Of a stretch of 64,000 nucleotides of DNA, positions 24,001-35,040 are shown in pieces. The stretch comes from Zygnema circumcarinatum SAG 698-1b (Eukaryota; Plantae; Zygnematophyceae). The stretch is from positions 2,160,689 to 2,224,688 of the forward strand of contig CM074809.1 of NCBI GenBank assembly GCA_037447605.1, written 5' to 3'. Position 1 is the stretch's first letter. The number at the start of each line of letters is the position of its first letter. The notes beneath the pieces are model-generated. The model was not told the DNA's origin, made no database searches, and was given only the letters and a program-made list of their open reading frames with translations. Both the position numbers and the translations under genes were made by a program.

Positions 24001-27000
24001 CGGGCAGCAAACGACCTCCTGAGATTTCTGTGTCTGATGATGATACTGATGGGCAGATAGAACACCTTTTGGTTTCGGGCTTGCCCAAAGCTGGTTGCAA
24101 TTTGACGCAGGTTGTCTCCCCCAGAGAGGGCTTCCAACTGCTCGTCAGTGAGACCCTCCATGAACTCCACACACGCCATCTGCTGTATGAGCTCCTGAAT
24201 TAAAAACAACAGTTTGAAACAAGCAGCCTACCCATCATTAAACTCCGCCTAACATAGCAGCATCGTTGAAGCGGTGCTTTCTTGTCCCTCCGCTAGGCTC
24301 AAACATTACTCTTCCGAAAAAAATCTCGATTCATCCTGTGCACGCAAGTGATGGCTGGGTGCCCAATCAATGGCAGCGGTTGAAACGGTAGGGTCCCATA
24401 ACAACTTGCCTGCAGGAAAATGAGCTCATTGCCTTCCCCAAGCTTCAGCTGGGCAACAAGGTATTGGAAGAGACCACGGAGCTCCATTGAGGCGTAGCGT
24501 TTGCATCTGTTGTCACAAAGTGAAAGGTATGTGCTTCAGAGGCTGAACAAGCTCCCTATTATTGCAAGTTCTACAACTACACACTACGCGACAAAATTAG
24601 AACTAGCCAAGCAGCACTTTAGCAGGTATCTGCTCCCTTTTCCTCCCTTCTCGCATCTATCTAGTTTATCTTCTTACACATTCTTCCTTTCCCCTTCTGA
24701 GTTACCACGTCTTTCCCCTCCCTGCCCCTCCGCTGCTCCCTCCTCTACATCCTCTTCTCGCCTATACCCACTCTTTCCCCATAGTTCCATTCCACACCCT
24801 CGCCCTTCACACTTTGACGCTCTCCTACGCTCTCCTCGGTCTGGAAACGTAACGCATATGGCCCCACTTTCCCTCTTCCAAAGACTAAAGCAACTTCCAT
24901 GTGGTACAGACGAGAAAGCATGCATCTAAAACAAGACGGTTGGGACCCAAAAACCGAGATGAATGTATGAATGATGCAGCGAGTGCAGGAGGAGGGGCCC
25001 ACAAAGTGCCCCAGAAGGTGGCGAGGCATTGCAGCCAGTCCGCCAGGTTGCATCCGTCATCCTTCACGCGCCGCCGCCCGGGCAGAGAGAGCCGTTCCAC
25101 TACCACGTACTCCAAAATGTCAAACTCCAACTGCACAGAAGGGCAGGGTGAGACGCAGGGCCTTCCCAGAGAATGGCTCTCCAAAAAAATTAACAGCAAA
25201 ACGAGCCGTCCTGCGGCGTGCACGACGAGCACCGCAATGCAGAAATTCTTAACACCCATCTCCTGCAGCTAACAACTTCATTTTCTGTAGGGCACTCACT
25301 AGTATGAATGCGTGTCCAAACCCAAAAGTGATACCAGGAGCACACCTGATTGAAGTACTTGAAAGCATCAACTACTGGAGCAATCATTTCCTTATACGCC
25401 TCCACCTGTCCCAAGAGAATATAGCAAAACAGGTCTCCCGGAGAAAGTTATTCGATGAAAAAAAAGGTTAGTCGCTGGCCAGCTTTTGAAACTCCCTCCC
25501 TAAGCAGAGAGAGGGGGGGGGTCCGACCTGATGCACGATGGTCCGCAGAACGGTGAGGGGGTTGGCATGGGCGAGCTTTGCGAGCACTCGTCCGCTCGGC
25601 TTTAGATTCTCCTTCGCGAGTCGCTTCAGGATGCGCCGCGTGTCCAGCTGCATGCACAAATTGCCCTTTGCCCTATGAACGATGTCAAACAGCTCCTCTG
25701 GAAAAGAAAAGAAGTACAACAAGACTCCACCAATTGGTGCAGGCAAACGGGAAGTCGGCCAGAGTGGACGGTGGGTTGGCACAATGAGTGACTCTATGTC
25801 GACAATTTGACGATGAAGTAAGAGGGCTGGAAGACCTGCCTACAACTGGTTGCAGCTGTCAAAACAAGATAGAGAAGCCTTGAAACACGCAAGCCAGTAG
25901 CATTTCAGTGCATTGGCTTGTGCTCGCAGGCAAGAAGAAGAAGGTCAAGTTAGGCAGCATGAGGTAAACGAAGCATACGCGAGCAATTTGACGAGCAGCG
26001 ATCAAGGCAGGAAGCTTTTCATCCTCCTTTTCCCACTCCCCATACAGGCGGTATCGCATCTGCACAAATAACGATTCATAATCCTTCAAATGACGACATG
26101 CACACAAAGAAAAAATCGCCAGAATACAAGAAAGGAAGCGGTCAACGATCTGTAAACGGAGACGCAACAAACTAACAAATTTAACTTCGGCCTATCTTAG
26201 TAAAGGACTGATAGCTTCACATACTGAGACGGCTTGCTTTAGAATGTCAGCGAGTGAAGCTTCTGCCTTTCTCAGGTGAACTTGCACCTTTCCTTCGAGA
26301 GAAAGTCTGTCTAGCTATTATGTTATTGGCTAAACCGTGGTCAGCCATTGCAGGACCCTCTTACTGCAACATTCCGAAGTGGAATCAGCGTGGAAATTTA
26401 TCAACATACCTCATACGGAATGCGTTCCAAGACTTTCCATATCTGTATGCATACTGCCGGATTGGCCACAATCAGCTGCAAAGATGGCAGAATCGCCATC
26501 TCCAAAGCTCCGGCCACTCTCTCCCGGACCTCCTTCAACTGAGGACCTTTCTCCGCTTGAATCAGATTCCAGCAAAGAGCACGGCAGATCTGCACAGCAG
26601 CACCGCCAACAATTCCCGACAAGAGACATTCCTCAAGGAGTGGTTAAGAAGAATCTGCAAAAGCTTGCATAAAACTATTCATGACAAAGAAACGGAGAAC
26701 TTGCAGAACCGTCTAGCAGCCATGAACACCACTTAACTGCCACAACGGCAAGGGAACGAAGGCTCGGGAATTCATGTCATTCCCAAATGGGATGAAACTT
26801 GAACAGTAACCTGTAGACCCTCTTTCTTCGGACTCCCTCAACCTGCCAATTGCTGAGCGAAGAAAGCTCACCTTCTGAAGCAGAATCACATCCCGGTGCA
26901 GATACGGCCCCATGAATGCCAACATTTCAAAGACTTCAGCCGCAACTCCGGTCCTTTCAGACTTTTCAGGGGCACCTCCTCCCCTCCCCATCTCACGCAA

Positions 27001-30000
27001 GACGAGCTCCAACCCTCCCACTCCATTCTCTCCATCCCCCATGTTTCCATCCCCTCCCCCCCCAGTCTCCCCCTCCTCCATTTCCATATCCATCGGCTCC
27101 GCGAGCCCCTGCATGGGCTCGCCCCCACGCATGGCCGGCGGCTTTGGCGGACTCTGCAAGGCGGTGGCTTCTCGGAGAAGTTGGAGGGGTTTGGGAGGGT
27201 TCAGGCGCGCGAGATAGGGGGGTTGGGCCTGCAGATAGGCTGCTTCCAATGCGCGGTCAATGGCCCTGCCGTGGAAGACAGGGGGAGAGACGATTGTGGT
27301 TCAGTTTTGACACTAGCTGAGTGCTTACCAGCTCAACATTCAGCAAAAGTAGTTGCAGTAGCAGTGCTGCTTTGCGCTGCATTTAAAGAAGGAAAGGAAG
27401 AAAGAAATGGATTCTGAAGGGGGTCATCCTCTCTGGAGATGAAAAGACAACTTCCCTCCAAGCGATTCAAGCGTCGCATCACACAAGCAGAAGGCAAGCA
27501 CGGTGAACAGCAAAAAAACACGCGGAGAGCTACTGGAAACCAAACCTAGAAAGGTTAGCCTCTGTCCCACAAAAAAAGGCTTTCAGCATGTTTCGCACCT
27601 GCAGAGGGCATAGCAGATGGGTAGGTGAGCAACCGGGTTGAGCGGTGCAAGACGTTTCAAAAGGGTATGAGCGTGAGGCCTGCAAAAAAACTGAAATGGC
27701 TCATCAAAAAAACCATTTTTCTAGAGTTCAGTGAGCTTGGATGATTTCAAAGCAGCTAAAAGAGAGCCTAGACGAAAGGGTACTGTACTTATCAAGATGC
27801 AGAACAACCTTATCATAACCTTTCAAAGCTGTCACTTCGAACGACTCAGTAAGTTCATGCGCCCACAATCCACTATAAAGCAAGGTTCAGGCCTATGACC
27901 GATATAGTTCTGAAGCCACAACTTCTGCTTAAAATTGGAGAGCAAACAAATCCGTGTCACAGCACATTGAAACCTACGGAAGCTTCGATTGCTTCGAAAC
28001 TCGGGTCAGAGCGATTTCTAAAATGAATGCTCTCCCTGAGCATTTGATAGGGTACAAGTCCTTCAGTCTCTAAACTTGAAAGGTTTGCACAGAGCTCAGG
28101 TTATTGCTTAGATCACTGTCCTTTGAGCCCAGTTTCACGTTAACAAGGAGAGTTAACTACTATGACTTGGGGATGTCTTCTCCCTTTCCCTCCTCCTCTC
28201 TCTCTCTCTCCCTTTCCCTCCACCTCCTCGCTCTCCTTCTCACCAGTCCTCCACCGCCAGCAGCCCCTGCAGCAGCCCCAGCTTCTGATTGGCCCGCAGG
28301 TGCGGCTCCCACGTGCGAAGAGCGACCACCTCCTCATTGGCGGGCGCGTGCAGGTCGACCTCCACCGCCTGCGGCTCCTCCCCGAGGTAGTCCTTGCCAG
28401 TTGCTGTAAGCTTCGGCCGCCCAATCTTGTTCACCTGCAATCGACGATTAATAGTGAAATTTTGAATCATTAACATAGGTGGGGGAGGAAGAGGGGGAAG
28501 GGAGATGGGAGTGGTTGCAATATCGCGAGCATTTTGGATAAAACCCACACAACGACTTGCCTACTGCAGAGGGTCTCAAAATGACGTTTTTTTTTACCAG
28601 AGAGTTGAGATTCTCGTAGAGCTTTTATGTCCACAGTAGTTTTAAGTCTGGCAGTTTGAACGCGCGTGAATGTAAGTGCACATAAACAGGTTGAAAACGA
28701 CAAAGAAGTGACAGTTTAGTCAACAGGTCCAGCAGCGGCGGAACATACCTCCTCGATTCGAGCCTTGACAGCTTCCTTATACAGCTCCGCTGCTTCCTCA
28801 TCGTCCGGAGTTAGATGAACATATCTGCCATGCGTACAGGGTTCAAACAATGGGTCCAAGGAACAGACTGCATAATCTCATTTTCTCAGAGATGACAGGG
28901 AAAGCACCCACTTTATACATTATCGTTGACGAAATGAAGAATTTTGGATTTTGGAAACAGAACATGCTGCCTCACTCCAGGGGCCGCCATCATCTGCAGT
29001 GCGAGAAGTAGGTTTTGAACTTACATTCCATCAATCTCCATGAGATTTTTCTTGATCAACATTCCTGCCAGCAAGTAAAGACTGTCTGGCACTGGATCTG
29101 TGACATCCGGTCGTTGGTAATATTGGAATTTAAACCCCAATATGTGCGTCCCGTGGGCCTATAAAGAAAGAGCAAAAAATCAGCGAGTGAGATAGCGAGC
29201 GAGTGAGGATGTTTCACATCTTCAATGAACACAACATCTTTCTGTCAGCAGGCCCTGAAAGTGCAGGGACTTAGCACTCTTTCTGCAGAATCCCCTTCAA
29301 CAAAAGATTCAGTATGAAATCACCTGATATGTTGAATGCTTCAAACATTCAACTATGACAAAAGAGTGAAAACTGAAGGAAACTGAATCGAATATCTTGA
29401 ATGTTTTCTGTTAACCTGTAGGCTTAAACGGTTTTCCAGACAAGGCCAGTCCACATATCCCTATAGGTCCATCTTAAAACTAAATCTCCTTGTTGCGGGT
29501 TTCGCATCCCCGGTTTGTAGCAGGATAGACCATACCTTAGGAAAAAGCGGAATGAGGTTGAGAAAGGCGGTGTTCTTTGGCTGCAGCTCAAACGAGTCAA
29601 GAACCTGTCCATGCAAACCCTCCCATGACCCGTTCAAGTTCTGCATGCACATGCCAAGCCATCTCAATCCTTCACTATCACTCGTGAAAACTAAGATCGA
29701 CTGCTGAATCTCACTCTAATGGAAATGGAAAAGACACAACCGGGGAAGTGCATGTCCAGGGATAGAGAGTGAAGTAAAGAGTTCAATCTGCCACAAATGG
29801 TTTTTCCTGTGAGAACTGAACTCACAATATCAAACACTCGATTTGGATCTAGATCAAAGTGCCCAATAAGTGACTGCAAGAACGTACAAACACAGATAAT
29901 TGTGAGCCCTTTAGCAGTGTCCTTCCGAACAATTGTTCCAAAAGTATTAGAGATGCAAGCACTGCTGCGAATGAACCTAGGCAAGCAGCCCCATGGAGCA

Positions 30001-33000
30001 CCGTTCACATGTTTCAGGGAAGGCAATGGCTAACCACCCTGTGACTAGCGCACAGGAATTCTCCGTTCGACAAAATGACTAATGTCTTCTGGCGAAGCAG
30101 TTTTGGGAGTTTGGACTTCACCTTGATGGCCTCAACGGCCAAGGGAGCGTTCTCGTCAGAGAGGGAATCCGGGCCTGGCTGATTCAGCATCGTTATCTGC
30201 ATATCACAGGTTCACATGCATCAGAATGAGGAGGTGGAGCCAACAAACTTGAGTCGGAAAATAATGAGTTTGAAGTTTGGCATAGTCCAGACACGAGCTT
30301 GCATGCGTTGCATCTCAACATGTCTCCCGTTAGCCTTCCAAGACAGGAGGATGAAGGACAAACCGGCACATGCAGCTTTATACGCAATCATTTGTCAGGC
30401 CATACTCACATGTTCCAGAGTTGTCCAGACCAAACAAAACGAAACGTACACTATGGAGTCAACGATCACTGAGCTCAGCAATAAGGAGTACCCAGTTGAA
30501 GAAAAACTAATTTACGATCAAAAGAGAACAGTCCCTTACCAGTTTGGCGTATCCCTCGCTTTCCTCTCGCAAAAGATTGAACTTCGTCTGCGTATAAATC
30601 AGGCGCGTGTTCACTCTCACCTGCAAAATGGGTTTGCAAGAGACCTCAAGAACTCAAATTCGGCTGTAGACATATTCATCTTCTCTTTCACAATCACATT
30701 TGCCCGTTCCTCAGTTTCCCTACCATCTTGCAAAGATGGACGTCAATGCAGTGGACTTTCAACAGAAAATTTTAGGCAGGCCACTGCTGACTTCAAGATC
30801 AATCAGCCAAGTCGGCTTCAGATCTACTACAAGGAGGGCGGATAGTAGAGAGCACACCGCTTTTTTCTTGAACTCGGTGGGTTCTAACTTCCACATCTCC
30901 GCTTCGTGGAGAAACTCCTCCTGCACAGGTCCAGTATCCACAAGCAGTGAAAAGAAGTGACTTAGCAACCGACTGGCAGGCTTCTCGAAGATTGCCCTCC
31001 AATAAATTACAAAGTACACTGCAATTGCCGCTTGATTTCAAACAACACAAAAAAATAAATCCTCCACACGTGCAGGTTCCGCGGCTACTACTAGTGATCC
31101 AAGCAGAGAAACTTTAGGAAGGAATCAATTTGGAGTAAGAAACAACCCGTCCCATAATCCCAGCAAGACTGTTCTGTGTTCCGCTTGGAGCCACATGCTA
31201 CGGGGGAACTCGATTTTAAAAACTATGCTAAGCTTGTGAAGGTAAGCTTTTATTCTCCTGAGCTAAAACTCGCTAGCTCACTCCACCCTTGTGCATTCTA
31301 CAGGTCTAGACCACGTCCGTACATGTGAGTCTATGAACAGAAAGAGGTTAGTTCGGCCGTGATAGGATAGATCTTCCCAAGCATGCATTCAGAGAAAAGC
31401 ATGAAAAGTAAATTGACAGCATCCAAGAGAGACTTCCAGTGCCTTATTGGTGAGTACCTCACACCGTTCTTGAAGCAATCGAATGGGGATAAGGCCTGAG
31501 TTGGTCAGCCACTTTGCCTGTGGCCCCATGATCAAAGACACAGTAGTTACACTGATTAGGAACTGTCAAGTATTTGTCCTTAATCAGCCAAGTGTTTTCC
31601 ATAATCACCAAGGTCCTGCTTTGATAGTTAAAGTCCTGGACAGCAGGTTATCGGAACTCAGGAGGCTCAGGGGTTTAGAGCTTTTTGTTCATTAGGTAAA
31701 CGATGAGCATTGTCAATGATAACACAGGAAACTACAGCAAAATGCATTGTGTATCCCATAAAATTTTCATGACAATGGCCTAAAATATTTTCGAAATCAG
31801 TAAGCGCATGAAGTCCATCGTCAGGTGAAGGTGACTACAGTACCATGTCTATGAGACGAGAACGAAGCTCCCCCGGCGTCGATAACTGCAAAGGGAAAGG
31901 ACAGCCCACAGAGGAGACACGTGTTCAAGCTTCATAGGGCGCTGACCTGGACAAGTCGTATAGGAACTGTCTGCCTTCATTCGGGAGACAACGCATTTTG
32001 TTATGGCATAGATCACGAAACTGATCTGTGGCAAGATAGTCGATCATCAATTATCCCCAAAGAGCTATAAGGAAGTTAAAGTTTTTCATTGTACACGTCC
32101 CAATTGTCATACTCAAGCTACCCACCTTTCACAAAGAAAGACAAGGAAATAGTCCTAAAGTGTGACTGTGCCGTTCATCATAGTTTTGGAAAAATAAAAT
32201 TGTTGCAACGACAATAGTTCGTCATGTGAGCGTTAGTTTACTTCTACGGGGACAATAGTTCACTATGTAAATGACACAAAGTAAATGTGATATGCATATG
32301 TTAATCGTTAGAATCACGACGTGCATAAATTCAAACTAAAGAGAAACGCGAAGTCTGCTGACCTCTTGACCCATATGGGCTATGGTGTCAGCTAAAATTG
32401 AAGCGACATCATCGGATTGAAGGGTCGCAGAAGAACCAATAAGATCTGCTGCTTCCAGCGCCACTCTGCATTTCATGTACGGCAGTTCTGCCTTCACCTG
32501 TGCTCGTAACAAGTTCCGGAAGATAAGGAATGGCACGAGCATTAGCAGGTAACACATCATCTCGCACTGCCAAAAATGTTGGAGCACTCTCGGTGATAAC
32601 AGCCCTCAGCGGCACGCTCATTCATCAGTAAGAAAAACATCCACTTATTGTGTATGTCGCACAGGTGCCACACAGGTGCCATATAAACCACGTCCACAGC
32701 AGTCCACAGGAAACACAGAACAGCAGATGCATCGAATGAGCAGTTACTGGAGAAGTTCAATGGGAAGAGGCAAATGTATGGTAGCATATGGCAACATATG
32801 GTAATATATGGTTTCTACATTCAACGTCGCTAGAACAATAAAAAGTGCAGGGCGCGAATTCTAATTTTCTTTTACTTAGTTGATTCAATGTAAAAAAGAG
32901 ATCACGTTGACTAGGAAATGGACATCGTAAACACACGTTTGGAGATCAACTGTCCAAAGCACATAATGCCAAGACACTAAGACGACTCCGACAAGCAACA

Positions 33001-33694
33001 AACGATGAGAAAAGCAAAAACGTCAACGAACAGCAATGGAAAAGTATGGAAAAAGCTAAAGAGAACACATACAAAACTGTTCTCCTATAGTTTCTCCGGG
33101 ACCAAGCCAAACTACAACCTTTGTGGCGAATCATGTGAAAACAAAAAGGCGACTTTAAGGAATGCCAAACCAACGTGAAGTTGGCCATTAATCTACATTC
33201 ATTTTCTTGTATTTCTGTACAAATCTGCTTTTATTGACCAACGAGGTACCCGGGTGGATATTCAGACTTAGCTACTTATGTCCATTCCAACTTGGGAGAA
33301 TATCCACGTGACCGAAAATTCAAGCATAATTTCTACCAGCCTGAACTATTTCATGATTTGCCATGGTCTCCAAAGACTAAATTCGTTTTTTAGTACACTT
33401 GAAAGCTTCTATTTAAGGGTTTAGAAATAAGGAGAAGGAAAATCCTGCAGTGAAATATTGGGAGTGTGCCAGGAATTTTATGCGAATAAAACGTCATAGA
33501 ATAACCCAGGTTTTTCATCCCAAAAACAGGTTCAAGAGGATCCAAAGTAGCCTTACCACTGCCCAGCAAAGCTCGTACACAAATCGGGTAGCGGCAGGCT
33601 TGAGAGGCATCTTCTTCACTTGATTTGTGCTCCTCCACTCCTGCACTCTATCCTCGGTAACATATACAGCTTCCACAAACCGAAGAACCGCCAT
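15018..33694 (-). CDS. THOC2: THO complex subunit 2, 32 coding exons, ~2310 aa
   Basis: Exons (high to low): 33694-33557, 32497-32363, 31885-31844, 31517-31458, 30920-30858, 30620-30540, 30196-30122, 29873-29826, 29604-29536, 29158-29025, 28824-28749, 28434-28244, 27679-27599, 27265-26872, 26589-26410, 26059-25979, 25647-25528, 25405-25346, 25130-25003, 24506-24410, 24194-24066, 23890-23781, 23590-23410, 23007-22697, 21891-21684, 21441-21215, 20700-20529, 20080-19982, 19508-19353, 19165-19085, 18676-16190, 15536-15018 (6933 nt). Plant THO2 motifs: [89 protein letters not shown]. Confidence 0.96.
20761..21214. repeat. G-rich simple repeat ((GGGGGTAT)/(GGGGGTAG) on the THO2 sense strand) filling intron 26
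   Basis: About 450 bp of CCCCCATA/CCCCCTA units on + inside the 514-nt intron 20701-21214. Confidence 0.97.
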
Positions 33695-34503
33695 CTTGTC
33701 TGCCAGCTAACACCCAATACCCAAAATTTGCGCTTGCTCACACTACACAGCGGTAGCGCAGCGTAGCCTCCGCTCCAGTGAGGTGCCTCTCCACCAACAT
33801 CCTCCTCCCTCCCCTCCCCGCTTCCCACGAGCGTTGGAGAGGCGCAGCTCCACCCCCACGGCCGCGGCCATGCCTGCCTGCCTGCCTGCCTGCCTGCCTG
33901 CTTCCCGCCCTCTCCTCTTGCTACCGCAGCTCCCTCCCTCCCCAAAGGCACGATACCCGATATATCGTGATCGATATTCCGTCGTTGCCGCCCAGCTTGG
34001 GATTGGGTCTTCCGGGCTACCGTAGCCGTACACATGACGGGCGGGGGAAGGGGGTATCTCGATATTCTAAGATAATATCGAGAGCTCTTTATTCGATATT
34101 ACCTCGCCCTATCTTGAACAAAGGGAGAGAATGGATCAGGCATTGATCTCACGATGGCGAGGATGCCATCAAATGTGCATGTGTGAAATCAGCATGGGGA
34201 ACCACGAGGAACGGGTCACAAAGGATCTCAGGGAGGCTTTGGGATCTCGACTTCGTCGGTGTGACGGACAGTCCCGAGCGCTTCTTGGCCCCTCTTCCAC
34301 TTCTCTTTTCTCTCCTCTTGGGGAGCGCGATTGCTCTCTAAATGATCTTTGTTTATGTACAAATGATGGTGATTGCCAATTCACTCTTCATTTTTTGAAT
34401 GCACCATTGCAACCGTGTCGAGGGGACTCGAGTAAAGTTCACACTAACGCTGAAATTTGCACCAAAAATGGATTTGAACTTGCTTCGACAATAATAAATG
34501 ATG

Positions 34504-34531
34504 AATAATAATAATAATAATAATAATAATA
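34504..34531. repeat. (AAT)n microsatellite
   Basis: Direct reading. Confidence 0.9.
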
Positions 34532-34658
34532 CTAATACTTGGCTAAGGGCCATCTCGATAACTTTTAGGATGTGTTAGGGCGCGTTGTCATGTTCCGACA
34601 TTCATTCGTTCATATAGTTGAACGATGGCTGACGTGGTTCAACATCACTGACGCAATC

Positions 34659-35030
34659 TGTAACGAACTTGCCTGCAGCAGGGTTCGAACTCAGGACCTC
34701 CCGGTATTCACCTAAGTGCTTTACCATTAAAAGGCAACCGCGGATGTAAGTACTCGGCCATACAACCCATGTATAGCGTTTCGCTACATTCCTCCCCACC
34801 TAAACCGGGCTCGTCCTCGAGCGCAGTCAAGGTTTTTCACGAGCAGCGTTCAAGCTCTTTCAACACATGAAGGTGGCGTACGGTTCAGACCCTCTGGTCA
34901 ACCGTACCATGCTCAGAGATCACGGTGTTTTTAGGGTGGATTGCAAATACCAGTCCTTAGGCTCTGATACCAATGTAACGAACCTGCCTGCAGCAGGGTT
35001 CGAACTCAGGACCTCCCGGTATTCACCTAA
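34659..35030 (-). mobile_element. TRIM (non-autonomous miniature LTR retrotransposon) with a tRNA-like module in its LTRs
   Basis: 130-bp LTR 34659-34788 (TGTAAC...CGCTACA). A second LTR starts at 34974 and runs into the N gap (56/57 identical). PBS TGGTATCAGAGC (tRNA-iMet) at 34972-34961 lies 1 nt from the LTR. PPT AGGTGGGGAGGAA at 34801-34789. The 185-bp interior is non-coding. Confidence 0.92.
34671..34743 (-). ncRNA. tRNA-derived sequence (Pol III A/B-box-like) inside the TRIM LTR; not a functional tRNA
   Basis: The minus strand reads ...TTGCCTTTTAATGGTAAAGCAC...GGGAGGTCCTGAGTTCGAACCC... This gives D-loop-like TGGTAAAGC, variable-loop GAGGTC and T-loop/B-box GTTCGAACC at tRNA-like spacing. 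The stems are degenerate and the anticodon is not callable. Confidence 0.7.
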
Positions 35031-35040
35031 NNNNNNNNNN
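35031..35040. other. Assembly gap (10 N placeholder); others at 39720-39729, 40760-40769, 42830-42839
   Basis: All four N runs are exactly 10 long, so true gap sizes are unknown. Confidence 0.95.

Noticed and set aside
32409-32621. [15 protein letters not shown]... as the THO2 start with an apparent frameshift
   Set aside because: The true first exon is 33694-33557 ([13 protein letters not shown]), which splices in phase to 32497.
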